Shown here one piece after another: positions 13,953 to 27,345 of a DNA stretch of 64,000 nucleotides. Position numbers and translations under genes: made by a program. The notes under the pieces were generated by a model. The model saw nothing but the letters and a program-made list of their open reading frames with translations. It searched no databases and was not told where the DNA came from. The stretch spans positions 3,139,888-3,203,887 of the forward strand of contig NC_092676.1 of NCBI RefSeq assembly GCF_964355755.1, read 5' to 3'. The first letter of the stretch is position 1. The number at the start of each line of letters is the position of its first letter. This DNA is from Antedon mediterranea. Its lineage: Eukaryota; Animalia; Echinodermata.

Positions 13953-14041
13953 TTAAAGTGACATGCTAAAATCCTAAAAATAAAACCCTTAATGCAAAAT
14001 TGAACAATAATTTTGAATTATTAATATTAATATCATACAAT

Positions 14042-14191
14042 TGGTTCCTACTTGGATGCAACGCAAGTACGTGAGCACAACATATGTAATTTGACCAATC
14101 ACGATGCAATGGATCATCCAAACTGTCGCTTGTGATTGGTCAACTCACTTGCGTTGTTCTCACATTCTTGCGTTACGTCCTAGTGGAACCA
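14042..14191. mobile_element. Short palindromic MITE; related element at ~8441-8675
   Basis: Inverted ends TGGTTCC..GCAAG / CTTGCG..GGAACCA; shared internal CGCTTGTGATTGGTCAA. Confidence 0.45.
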
Positions 14192-14962
14192 GCTTTTAGG
14201 TCTAAACCTATACTTTATGATTATTATTTAGGCTTTTTTTACTCTATTATGTCATTACATTCCAAACTAACTACCAGATTTCTGACATTATCATTTGTAA
14301 ATAAACTTTAAAATTTGTTTTAGTCATGTTTGGAAGATTTGATTGAACAAAAACTTATATTACATCTTTAAAAATATAAAGTAGTTTTTTTTTTATATGG
14401 AATAATAACTTTATTAAAACTGTAAAAACTAAAATGGCCTATTAAAAGTCTGATTTTATAAATCTTCTTTTTTCTTGATTTTCAAGAAAAACACATCTTT
14501 AAAAAAAGTTGTAGCTTAAATTGCATTTTTCATTTACACAAGTAAAAATAAGAATTTTAATTATATAAATATTGTTTAATTTCGTTTTTTTATTGTTATT
14601 AACAGACCTTTCTTAATCGTTAATTCTCAACAGAGTTTATTCAATAACGAACGAAGGCTTTTGAATTATTATAATTAGTCCATTGTTTACCTTAACATAT
14701 CATAATTCATAATTATTATCCTAGCAGTATCTTCATTGCAGTACTTTGATTAATATGAATTAACAAACGCTTTCCTGGTAGCTGCATAAATTATTTACAG
14801 GGTGCTTTTAGCCATATGATAATACACATCCGTTGCTGTGATAGCAATCAATGCAAGCCACATCAAGATCTGAACTTTACATTTCCAACAAAGTCTAGTA
14901 GTTTATTTGATCAAAATAAAACAATGTAAATTTGAAAATTAGATTCTCCAGACTGTAATTAA

Positions 14963-15404
14963 AGACACTAGCCCTGCGTTTCTTTGACCTAATTTAAGGT
15001 TACACACTATACACACATATTATATGGACCTATTGCGATATTTCTTCGTCTTTAAACGGTTAAAAATGTGAAAAATAAGTCGATTCTAATAATTTTAGCG
15101 GTCCGTTATACATCCAAATATATATCGCGCACGGATTGATATTTCCATATTTTTATGTAATGCACCCACTTCGACCGATCGAATGAAAGGGTAACCAAAT
15201 AAAAGAACCGTAACTTTTTAGCGAAAATACCAAGTCTTCTCCAATTTATTTTAACAGATTCTGGCAAAAAAGCTACTTAGGTACAATTCATAGTGCATTG
15301 TTTTTTCACTTCACGCACATTTAAGACAAGAAATGACCTGGTTTAATGTTTTTAAAGTTATGCATTATTTTTACAAAAAGTCAAAAATTGCAGGTCTAGT
15401 GTCT
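14963..15404. mobile_element. Kolobok-like MITE
   Basis: TTAA|AGACACTAGCCCTGC ... GCAGGTCTAGTGTCT|TTAA. Confidence 0.7.
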
Positions 15405-15882
15405 TTAATAAAAACATCAACAAAATACTGGAAATAAAAAACTAGAACCATAAACAGTTGTATAGATATGGTATACAGATATATTGTTTAATTTTTAACA
15501 TTTTGTTATTAAAACCAGTTTTTGTTTCTTCTTTATACTGTGTGAACTCTTCAATCAAGGACTGTTCTCCCATAGGGCACAGTAGCCTACTCACAGTGGC
15601 CGAGTGTGAACTAGTACACTGGGGTAACCCCCTACTCGTCTCCAAAGTGCACACAAGCATTTTGTGTACATTGGACCTACAGTTTACAGTCCTTAACCAC
15701 ACAAGACGACGGGAAGAAATATAATAAATATTAAAATATTTTCTGCTATCAATTTGATATGTAAGCCAATACAAAGCCTGCATTAAACTATAGAGAATAG
15801 AAAACTATTCAGTAATAGAGGGGTATTTTGGGGGGGGGGGGGCAGAGGTCACACGACACCATGACATCATCTCTAAATGAAG

Positions 15883-16480
15883 GAGATATGAGTTCAGTAT
15901 GTTACCCTTTATGAGATAGGAGTTCAGTATGTTACCCTTTATGAGATAGGAGTTCAGTATGTTACCCATGAGATAGGAGTTCAGTATGTTACCCTTTATG
16001 AGATAGGAGTTCAGTATGTTACCCATTATGAGATAGGCGTTCAGTATGTTACCCTTTATGGGATAGGCGTTCAGTATGTTACCCTTTATGAGATAGGAGT
16101 TTAGTATGTTACTCTTTATGAGATAGGAGTTCAGTATGTTACCCTTTATGAGATAGGAGTTCAGTATGTTACCCTTTATGAGATAGGAGTTCAGTATGTT
16201 ACCCTTTATGAGATAGGAGTTAAGTATGTTACCCATGAGATAGGAGTTCAGTATGTTACCCTTTATGAGATAGGAGTTCAGTATGTTATCCTTTATGAGA
16301 TAGGAGTTCAGTATGTTACCCTTTATGAGATAGGAGTTCAGTATGTTACCCTTTATGAGATAGGAGTTCAGTATGTTACCTTTTATGAGATAGGAGTTCA
16401 GTATGTTACCCTTTATGAGATAGGAGTTCAGTATGTTACCCTTTATGAGATAGGAGTTCAGTATGTTACCAGTATGTTAT
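15883..16480. repeat. 30-bp minisatellite, ~20 copies
   Basis: Unit ATGAGATAGGAGTTCAGTATGTTACCCTTT. Confidence 0.95.
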
Positions 16481-19255
16481 ACTTTATTGGATAGAGTGCT
16501 ATACCAAAGCCAGTATAGTGAATTAATTATAAACCAACTACAATACCCAACCAGTTGTCATGATTAAACTACAGTAAATACATTGATGATGATGTGATGT
16601 TTTCTATTCTATCTGATTCCATTAATATGAATTCTTCACCGTGACGTTATTAAAACTAATAAATCTCGTACATCATGCATGCCGAAAAAACGAAACTTTA
16701 TAATTTTTCAAAACCTGAAGATGAGTAAGAGGTCCGTATAAAGAGTAGGCATATGTTTATACGTAGTGATAACAGATGTAAGGTATACTAAATTACAAGA
16801 AGAACATAAAGAAAAATAATAATATTGAAACATGCATTTGTAAAGAGTTTATAGTACTGTACATACAAAAATATAATTTGTTAGTGCTAAGTTTAATGTC
16901 ATGGTTTATTTTATATTTCTATTTTTGTGCCTGTGAGAATTTGAATTAAATTTAAAATAAATAAATAAAACTAAATGGTGCAAGTTGTACATAAAAGTTG
17001 TTTCTAGTATGTTGCTACAAATTAAGAAATAATATAATTATTTTTTTGTTTAGCAATCATTGTATTTGACTACTGTAATTAGTTGCAATAATGTTTTCAG
17101 CTTTCTGTGGTGGGGCCTTGTGGGATATACTAATTGCCAAATATGGGAATAAGTTTATCCAAATGGTATATTGTGTTTATAAATAGACAATTACGGCGAT
17201 ACGGGTTATCCAAAAATGATGCTGGTTTTTTTAATTAGCCAAATATGGGAATAATGTTGATAATTAAATCCTACTCAGAATTTCACTGAACAAAATACTT
17301 TTACAGTATTTCTGATTTTTTTGTAATGTAAAAATTATAATAATTAACACGTTGATTTCAAATGCAACATGCTTATTGACACAAAATGGTACAAGTTCGT
17401 AAAAGTCAGTTACTTATTCGCCGTAGAGGGCCTAGATACAAAAAAGTTCGCGGAACTAAGGTGGCATAATTATGGTAAAGTAGGTCAAGGGTTATCGATT
17501 CATACCAAAATATTTTGAAAATATTAAGTAGGTCAAGTGTTATAATGTTCGTAAAAGTCAGTTACTTATTCGCCGTAGAGGGCGTAGATGCAAAAATGTT
17601 CACGGAACTACGGTGGCAAATGGTAAAGTAGGTCAAGGGTCGTCGATCCATACCAAAATATTTTGAAAAAATTAAGTAGGTCAAGTGTTATAACGTTCGT
17701 AAAGCCAGGTACTTATTCGCCGTAGATAAATCTGTTTTTTTATTTAAATATTTGTGACTGTCCCTTTTTGATTGAGGAATTGAATAAGGAACTAGGAACT
17801 AGTAACCAACTTCACAGACATGCAATGACGTTCCTCGCGAAATCAAGCTATTTGCATTAAACCTTATGGAAAAACGATCAACTTAACATGTTTAATATAA
17901 CTATCAAGAACGAAGTGTAGTCAACTATCAATACATCATAGCGATCTTATCTTACACATACTTTGACTTACATAAATGCATCGGATGATCTAATTCCTCA
18001 CGTAAACTTGATTACATACGTTTAATGAAAACATGAACATGCTGGCGCTGTTTACCCACAACAAGGACGGCGCGCGTGCACAACTGCTGCACGTTATGCC
18101 AAGGTTGTCACGATGTTCTATCAACATCTTATTTTACGAATATCTCGGACATTAATTTAAACTATTAACTATATCAATCAAATCAGTAGTATAACTAGAA
18201 CATTACTACTTATACAATTATAATCAACTAGATGGTACGCGAGCGAAGCGAGCGTACCAGCTAGGTCGTGCCCACGATCTGATGGTTCTCGAATACATAG
18301 TAATTTCAGTGTAAAAAACTAGCGATTTCAAATGTACGTAATAAACAGACACGGTGATTTATGTAGCCAACTAAAATTAATACCCTGGGAATTACTTGAG
18401 TAATCAAACCCAATTTGTGTTTTGTATGTAACATTAGGGTTGAGGGATGGTAAGAGGTTGGGTGCAAAGAGGAACTAAATATATTCTTTATCCGTAACGA
18501 CATATTTGTTTTTATGTTTTATAAATAATAAACCACTAAACATTATCAGGTGGTTAAAATCAGTACCGAAAGTACGAACCAACTTTATTTACCATCGAGT
18601 AAAAATTCCAGAAGTAAGGCACGATTTAAGTTTTAACGAATTTTGCCCTTACGTAAATTTATATATAGATGAACTTCATTAAACATAACAAATACTACAT
18701 AGATTTCTTCACTTCGAAATCTGCAAACATCCTCGCAATAACAGCTGCGTTACCTCTTAACCTCCTTTGCCGTTACATAGGCTTTATAACTACATTGCAA
18801 AGAACTTATAACGCTTTTAAGTTCTTAGCTACAATTATAATATATCTTTCTAAAAGTGTAGGCCCTATGTTCATTCCTGCTTTTTACTCGGGGTACCCGA
18901 GTCTAGGACTTACTAATTTTCTCCTTCTCCTCCATCTGGACATTATTGAGTAAAAAGTGCGATTTTCAAAGTACTACTCCTCCCTTATTCGTTGTAGTAT
19001 TGAGCTGGGATTTCGCATGAATATACTAAAGGCACATGTCCTCAAAGCTATAGAGCCGGATTTTTCATTTTCAAACCAGATGCAGCCATAAGACGTCTCG
19101 AAGATGGTACCATATAGCCGTATTTGGTAGGTTATTGATGTGTATGTGACATTTGCTGTACACCGAGTATCGCACATTCGTGCTTATTTGTTAATTTTGT
19201 TTAATTAAAAAGCCACAATGTGTGACACACACCACAGCGTTATGTAGTTATATGC

Positions 19256-19328
19256 GGCTTCTTGGCGTAGTGGTTATCACGTTTGCTTAACACGCAGAAG
19301 GTACCTGGTTCGAGCCCGGACGAAACCT
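19256..19328 (+). pseudogene. tRNA-Val(AAC) pseudogene
   Basis: A box (GGCGTAGTGG), anticodon loop TTAACAC, B box GGTTCGAGCCC, T-run terminator; two acceptor-stem mismatches. Confidence 0.75.
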
Positions 19329-19547
19329 TTTTTTAAAACTTTATGGTGAAAAGTACTGTATACGCAATATGATAATAATTATACACAGTATAAGTCTTAT
19401 TTTTATTATTTTTTAAAATACTTATTTTGCGTAATCGGTAATTATCACTTTTACACATGTTTATTTTGCTTTGTGCTTATTACCATATTTATTTGTAATT
19501 TAAATGGATTAAAAAACTTTCTGTAACCCACATTTTTAGTGTAAGTA

Positions 19548-19619
19548 GGTTTCGTAGTGTAGTGGTTGTCAAGTCTGCTTAACACGCAGAAGGAACCGGT
19601 TCGAGCCCTGGCGAAACCT
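19548..19619 (+). pseudogene. tRNA-Val(AAC) pseudogene
   Basis: Perfect acceptor stem GGTTTCG/CGAAACC and anticodon stem TCTGC/GCAGA, but damaged D and T arms. Confidence 0.75.
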
Positions 19620-20439
19620 ATTTTTCTTTAACTTTATGGTGAAATAACTGTATACTGTGTCTGTATACAGCTTCTTTCGCTGTACCCCGAGTATTGCACA
19701 TTCGTGCTTGTTTTTTCTGTCATTCTTAGTGTGTACAAAATCGGCGTATCGGCAACTATGCCACCTGTATTTTAACAATAGGAATGCTAATTATTTGTTT
19801 AGGTGACTATAACCTTATGTTACGTTTTTATTCTAGGTATACTCTAGCATTATTACCATTAAAGAGGTGAGTCGATAGGGTAGGATTAAGTACAAGAAAA
19901 GCCATTTGGTCGTGGATTACTTCAGTTCACTTCCATTTGTAATAACATTTATATTATATGATGATTTATGTAGGCTATATAACTGTATTGTATATCTTCT
20001 AAAAATTGAAGTGTAGGCTCTACGTTTATTCGTTTTTCTTGCGTGCAAACGTACATCAGCTATGCCACCTGTAACAATGGGAATGCGAATCATTACTATA
20101 ACCTTATGCTACGTTTTTACTCGGGGTACCCGAGTCTAGGATTTTCTCCTCCTCTTCTTCCTCCATCTGGACACTATTGAGTAAAAAGTGCGATTTTCCT
20201 TATTCGTTGTAGTATTGAGCTGGGATTTGGCATGAATATGTTACAGGGACATGTCCTCAAAGCTATAGAGACGGATTTTAAAATTTCAAACCGGATGCAG
20301 CTATTTTACGTCTCGAAGATGGTACCGTATAGCCGTATTTGGTAGCGAGGTTATTGATGTGTATGTGACGTTACATCCGGTCTAATGACGTCATTACAGC
20401 TTCCTTTTCTGTAACCCGAGTATCGCACATTCGTGCTTG

Positions 20440-23400
20440 TAGCAGGGTAACTTAGCACTTTTTTTGTGCACTTTGTGACAAAAGCACCAAATTTGGCACA
20501 AACCTTCTTTAGGGTATATCTAACAATCCTAGAAGGGGTGCCCAAAAATCGGAACAATTTAACGACGTAATTTGGACCACGCCCCTTTTTTAGTATTATG
20601 TAATTAGGTGAAAACTTAAATCTTCGTATATACATACCAAGTTTGGTATCAAATTAAAACTCATGACATGTACATTGCAATACACACATAAAACATATAT
20701 GATTTTTCTTCAGACGGAATATATAGGTCAAATAATGTAATTTTCTCTCATATTGAATGGTATTTCAATCAAAACGCGCCAATATTGTGTTATGTTATGA
20801 ACATTGTAGTTATAAGAACAACAACATTCATTTTTGTAATATAACTACTAATATATATTTATCCTGTACCAGTTACTTTCCTTTAACATATAATTAGGAA
20901 CCACTGAAAAAAAGTATATAAAACATATACTGTATCAAACTTGGCTCAATAATCACTGGACTATGTAAACAGACAAAAGACCATTTGACTGACAATTATG
21001 GCGTTAGCATCCATAACAATACATGGAAGTGATTATCAACTTTACTTTATGAAATTATTTATCTGGAAACAAACACTTATAATGGTACAGAGTTGATAGA
21101 TGACGAACAAGTTCCACGGCATGGGTAACAAAGACCAGTGCACTGCTGAACGGCACTTGCAGTTCCCTGAGCAAAAAGGCAACTTTTTGCAGCCACACTT
21201 TAGCCATTCCCTACATGCCTTAGATGCTTCAGGTAGTATTGTCCAGACTGGTGTCCATGTACTGCCGGTTTTAGTCCAACCAAAGTCTTCTGGTGATGGA
21301 GCATTCTGCTGTGGCTGTAGACTGGTGGTCCAAATGCTTGCTTGGTATATGGATCTGTTGGAATGCTGTAAAAGTGCATCCTGCAATAAACATTTTAAAG
21401 CTTGGTGTTACGTTTTAATGAAAGAAAAACATGAACCTGATAATAAATTATTAAACGACAATTGACAATTATATGGAAGCTCCCCTTACCTGTGTAAGAG
21501 GAATGTTGTCCATTGTCCGTGCCTTTCGTGAAAAAAAGATATTGTCTTAGCTTAGTAACACTTCTTAAAGTACTTGTCTTGTCGTATAGATGGCATGTAA
21601 ACTCCTCTAGCAACTGGAATTGAGATGAGTTGACTCCTAGAGATTTGAAAGAAAAGAAATGCTTCTGTGACTGCTGGTAATGAGTTCCACGTCTCCCATG
21701 CGGAGTGTTTTGCTTTTCCGAAGAACTGGGATGTAGTATCGGACCCAGTAAATGCATGAAAAACTGGCAGCCCTCTTGACTTACCCATGCCAAATGCGAC
21801 CCAGATACACGTACCAGGATAACAGGCTATTAGGTTGAGTAGATGTCAACATACAACAGACTCGCCTACATATATCAAGAATTACTTACTAATTTAATAT
21901 GCCTTTTTAATTAATTATTGGTACGAAACTGTATAAGTAAATTAATCGTTTGGTTACAAACAAACAAAATGAATTAGTATGTATCATAATAAAACTTACC
22001 TGATGTAATGTCAACTTCTTTGCAGTCAGAGTAATCATGGGTAGACATCTTTGTAGTTAAAAAGTTAAATAACTCCTCTTTATTTACTGGATCTTTCAGA
22101 AAGTCTGGAAAATTCCCTGGAATCTTTGTTTGTCCCCCAACTTTCCTCCTGACCCCTTTTCCTCTGTTTTCTCTTGTAGACTGCTTAAGACTATCTGTTC
22201 TGTAAGTGTCCCACACTATATCAATTCTGTTACTATTCTGCAGCTGCTGTCTGGTCCACGGTAGAAAGACCTGTCATACAAATGATACAATAATAACGAT
22301 CCGCATATAGAAGTGACCAATTATGTGGTGGTTAAACAATAGATACAATCCTGAATGCAAAGAAATGTACTCACCTTATTATCACCGTAGTTAAGTCATC
22401 AAATGTAAATGCATGGTTGCTGGAAAGAGCATGGACAATAGCAGCTCCGTCAAACACCTTTACGTCAAAATATGTAGGAGGTTCAGGCTGGCCTTCAGTC
22501 TCCAAATGCTGTAGCAACTCAGACTTCTTAGTTGGTAGTCGAAGCTTTCCATTTACTGCCAAAGAGGGTGGCCATGGCTGGTTTTCATGCATGAAGAAGT
22601 CTTCCAAATCTCCATCACGAGATTTACTTGCAAATATACAGTCGACTGAATAGGCTGCAGTCACTTTTTAAACTCTTAACTTGTTGCTTTGTTTTGGACA
22701 CTCATTTTGACCGTGGTGTGTTGAACAACGGCAGCTTATTCTGTTTGATGGCTTGTTGAATTGCAACACTTCTGTCGAGAATAACTTCCTTGAAATATTT
22801 TTGGTACTGGGTAGTACCTACATCCTGAATTGTACGAACTGTCACTACTGCACTTTCATTGGCACAATCTCGAGCATCCAAGACCAGAAGTTCTGAACAA
22901 TTATCGAGGAATGGGTTGCCTGCATTGCTCAGGGAACTGCAAGTGCCGTTCAGCAGGTCTTTCTTGCACTGGTCTTTGTTACCCATGCCGTGGAACTTGT
23001 TCGTCATCTAGCAACTCTGTATAAGTGTTTGTTTCCAGATAAATAATTTCATAAAAGTAAAGTTGATAATCACCTCCATGTATTGTTATGGATGCTAACG
23101 CCATAATTGTCAGTCAAATGGTCTTTTATCTGTTTACTTAGTCCAGTGATTATTGAGCCAAGTTTGATACAGTATATGTTTTATATACTTTTTTTCAGTG
23201 GTTCCTAATTATATGTTAAAGGAAAGTAACTGATACAGAATAAATATATATTAGTAGTTCTATTACAAAAATGAATGTTGTTGTTCTTATAACTACAATG
23301 TTCATAACATAACACAATATTGGCGCGTTTTGATTGAAATACCCTTCAATATGAGAGAAAATTACATTATTTGACCTATATATTCCGTCTGAAGAGAAAT

Positions 23401-23671
23401 CATATATTTTTTATGTGTGTATTGCAATGAACATGTCATGAGTTTTAATTTGATACCAAACTTGGTATGTATATACGAAGATTTAAGGTTTCACCTAATT
23501 ACGTAATACTAAAAAAGGGCGTGGTCCAAATGACGTCGTTAAATTATTCCGATTTTTGGGCACCCCTTCTAGGATTGTTAGATATACCCTAAAGAAGGTT
23601 GGTGCCAAATTTGGTGCTTTTGTCACAAAATGCACAATCTTCATAAAAAATGGAAGTTAGCAACCCTGCTA
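20440..23671 (-). mobile_element. Academ DNA transposon derivative (XPG-like nuclease/Cys-rich coding remnants, frameshifted)
   Basis: TAGCAGGG...CCCTGCTA termini with 3-bp TSD TTG. Fragments DGDLEDFFMHENQPWPPSL..KSELL..DGAAIVH, WDTY..SLK..TRENRG, FHAFTGSDTTS.F.GK, LLQH..R..YQA.IW..P.P..FGW..CGCK..C..NCKC. Confidence 0.85.
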
Positions 23672-23697
23672 TTGTTATATTCTAGGCGTACTCTAGC

Positions 23698-23835
23698 CAT
23701 GGAGGTAAGTTAATACAACTTTGGAACCAGGAATTTCGATACCTTACTTTCAACAATTTTCTGGAGTGGACAGTATACATATTGGCTGTGTATTGTCCCA
23801 TGGAGGTAAAAAATAAATTATTTTGTACCTCCATG
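23698..23835. mobile_element. P-element-like MITE
   Basis: TIR CATGGAGGTA / TACCTCCATG with 7-bp TSD CTCTAGC. Confidence 0.65.
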
Positions 23836-24057
23836 CTCTAGCCCTGTCCGTCCCTACACAATCCCATGTTATACCTGAGGTTTGAACGTAGTATTCTTCA
23901 TTATTCTACTAATCCGCCGAATAATTACCAGCTTATACAGAAGCTTAATTTTTATTACGGCTACCCTTTGACGCCTCTCATTGTTTACTCTGGATTTTCT
24001 AATTTGTATTCAAAATGTATGCATTTTACTTTGAAGTGCTTACATCGGTTTACATTA

Positions 24058-24228
24058 GGGATACTGTACCTACAATTTCCATTGTATCATGCGGGATACT
24101 GTACCTACAATTTCCATTGTATCATGCGGGATACTGTACCTACAATTCCCATTGTATCATGAAGGATACTGTACCTACAATTCCCATTGTATCATGCGGG
24201 ATACTGTACCTACAATTCCCATTGTATC
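24058..24228. repeat. 35-bp minisatellite, ~5 copies
   Basis: Unit GGGATACTGTACCTACAATTCCCATTGTATCATGC. Confidence 0.92.
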
Positions 24229-27200
24229 AACGTATTCGAGATTGTCAACGTTACACCAACCTGAGTCTGCTAATTTCCAGTTTATTGATCAGTATAGTAA
24301 CGTAATTGTTATAAAACGTCACACGCCTTAACAGTTTGTCCCCATATACTGTAGCTTATGTTGTCTTCAATTTTTGTCTCCAATCCAAGTACACTTTTGT
24401 AATGAAAGTCCTACAGTTAAGTGTTAATGTATAGCCCATGATGGAGTAATGTATAGTTCTTCCATAAGCTTCCTAACTACATGAATACAGTCAAGATAAA
24501 AGCGTCAAATTTATATCTTATTTGTTTTGTGTAGGCCCTATTTGCATTGTATTTCAGTAATAAACGGCTACTAACATAAGGGCCTGTTTCTATTGAAAAA
24601 TAAAAAAAGAACGGTTTTCTTGGAAACCGGTTTCGGCAGTTGTTTTCGTAGGGTCTTCCTTGGCTTTTGCGCGCGCGGTCTTTTTCTCTGCATGGTCTTA
24701 GCTTTAGAAACCCATCATTAGAGGGCGACATCAAAAACAATGATACAAAATTTGTTTTCAGGTATTTAGATTTTGTTATTGGTTATCCGCACTTGGCGGA
24801 TAACCCCTTGTTATTGTCAGGATCTTTTTTTTTTTGGTTATCCGCACTTTCTCCCATATTTTGATATTTGATAGATCAATCAATTATCTTTCGCATGATT
24901 TACCATTTTGAAATGTTTTATTACGCCATCATACGCAAAAACGTGAATAACTTGGGTCACTTATTTTCATCATTCCAATAAATTTTAATTCCTCAGAATG
25001 AAAAGTGATTAAAACGTTTTCTGGAAGCTGTTGAATTGTAGATACGAATTCATGTACAATGAATTATGCGCATCGGATGTTGTGACGTCATCATATTGCT
25101 AGTTCAATTATATAAGTCGTAATTTCATATTTTGCGTCATATGACATTTAAAAGAACGCGCTCTCATATTCTACGTATCCTAATTTCTTCAAGACGTTGA
25201 TATGTTGTTGCTCAGATAATTTCCTTCCAAAATTGCTATCTACGTGTTTCATTTTAATGACGTCATCATGTTAAAAATTGGATTAAAAGATGGTTCATCT
25301 ATGCTACACTGTATAACATATAATGTATCTTGTAAATACTGTTATAATACCGCAATGATATAGGTACAATTCAGCATAGACTTGCCCCAAGTCTTTTTTT
25401 TATTTATTTGTTTTTATTTCGATTTCTGTCTGCAAAAAATATCCAAAATCAAGTAGTATACGTATGAAACGCCACATGTGCCAAAATATTTATCTTTTTA
25501 CTAATATTAAGACAAAACTCCGTCTGGAACCCAGACTAAATTCAGCACTATAAACATATGTAACTCATGTCTTAGGATGGCATAATAATTGTCGGCCTTC
25601 ATATAGTATTTGCATGTTGCGTGTCCGCGGATAACCCGAACTCGTCAAAGTGACGAGTTCAAATCTAGTTCTTATTCTCCTTTCTTTCCACGAATTTTGT
25701 TGCGCGTGTATCTCTAAATCTTCTCAACATAACATTTTTTGTGTGTCTTGTGTGGGTTCGTCCCACTTTTATTATAGTTCTCTGTTATAAATATAATAAT
25801 ATATATATACTGTATGCACATTTATATATTTCTCTTATTTATAAGGTACATTGCTAAAAAAAATACATATCTTTTAAACAGTATATACATAGGCTAAGAT
25901 TATTTTGATGTTAAAAAGAAACCACATTTACATTCATATACATTTTTAAAAATACAATTAGTTAAAATATGTCGATGGCAATAAAATGACGATAAAAATT
26001 GATTTAAAAAAAACGTACTTATGAAAAAGTAATTATTATTGTTTTATTCTGTTCGTGTCCGTGTCTGGGTAGAGAGGCTATAAACTCAGGGCAAGAATAT
26101 AAAGTATCTTCCCTTTTCACCAAGACAAAAATGGATGAGATGAAAACGAAGAATGCAAAAGCTTGAAAAAAGGGTGTTTAGAATGGATAGGATGGAATGA
26201 TATATATATAATGAAAACCGTAAGGTTAGAGTCTATACAAAGTCTCAACATAACATTGTATAACTTTATCAGAAGATTGGCCTCTATCTGAAGATGTCGT
26301 AATTAGGTTTCCGGTCCCGTCCGTGTTGCGCAGTGTAACATACGCATGATTATACGATGCGTTTTTTTTATTAGAGGGCTTAAATGCAAATTAATAAAAT
26401 ATTCAAGGTATAGGCAAGTTATTTTGCAATTCTTAACATGGGGCGACATTAAAAATATATAGATACAAATTTGTTTTTGGTATTTAGATTTTTTTGTTTA
26501 TGGTTGTTTTCATGGTTTTTTTTTTCAGTTTTTGTCGGTAATTAGACTGACCCAAAAATACAGTTCAATAATTATATGATTTGTGGGCCGGAGATTCAAA
26601 TTCAATACATAAGTTCGGCACAATTGCTGTACTTTTGCACATAACTTGAAACCGCTGCTGCAAATAAAGATTACCACCGCGCAATGCCGAGAGGGTGAAT
26701 GTTTTTAATTGGGTTGAGATTGAGGTGCGAACAGTACCGCCCAATATTATTATGTTGCAAAAAGAAGACAAATGTTAAGTATTACGTGAGTTGACGACTA
26801 CCATATGCGGTTGTGGTATCATATGTTCTTCCATACCGCATAGTCAAAATGAGCGAAATAAATATTTCATCAGCGGCACACTAATGATGAATTTGGTGTA
26901 TGGACTGAACGTCATCGTTATGCACCATTATTTGGACAAGACTGCTAATTAGTAAAAATGTTATGTAAGTATTTCTCTATCGCCTCTTGATGTTTACCTA
27001 TGTCTGGCTGGTTAAGGCAGCTATGGCCAAATTTGTATTATTTTTCTTTTATATTAGATTAAAGATCCATCAAAATAAACCCATTTATTCACCTAGTTAA
27101 TAAATATTTTGCATTATTCTGTAAAATCAGGAGTTCGTTAGTTAGCTGGAAAGCGGAATAAAAAGTGTTCCAGTTTATCTTCCTGTAAGAGCATAGAGCC

Positions 27201-27345
27201 ATGCTGTACAGTATAAAGTAAGGTATTAAAGAGTTTATGGAAATAGCATAATGAAATTCAATGTCTAATGCTGTCATGCATTGCTAACATTTACAAAGAT
27301 TCTGATATCTTATATATAAAAAAGAAGTAGTACAGTAGCAGGAAA

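Larger units (their letters stand above)
18884..20439 (+). mobile_element. Two copies (~18884-19186, ~20116-20439) plus an extra 3' end (~19683-19712) of a non-autonomous Helentron/HINE-like element
   Basis: 5' palindrome ACTCGGGGTACCCGAGT, 3' subterminal CCGAGTA followed by hairpin GCACATTCGTGC; bodies are homologous. Confidence 0.5.

Noticed and set aside
11445-14700. Three copies of a ~65-bp segment (~11445, ~11575, ~14602) as possible exon cassettes
   Set aside because: No consistent open frame with splice sites; treated as a local dispersed repeat.
15442-15783. 113-aa minus-strand ORF
   Set aside because: No recognisable motif, and I could not link it to a gene model.
15805-16236. 143-aa ORF (GNILNSYLIK)n resembling an LRR
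   Set aside because: Translation of a 30-bp minisatellite; no domain or splice support.
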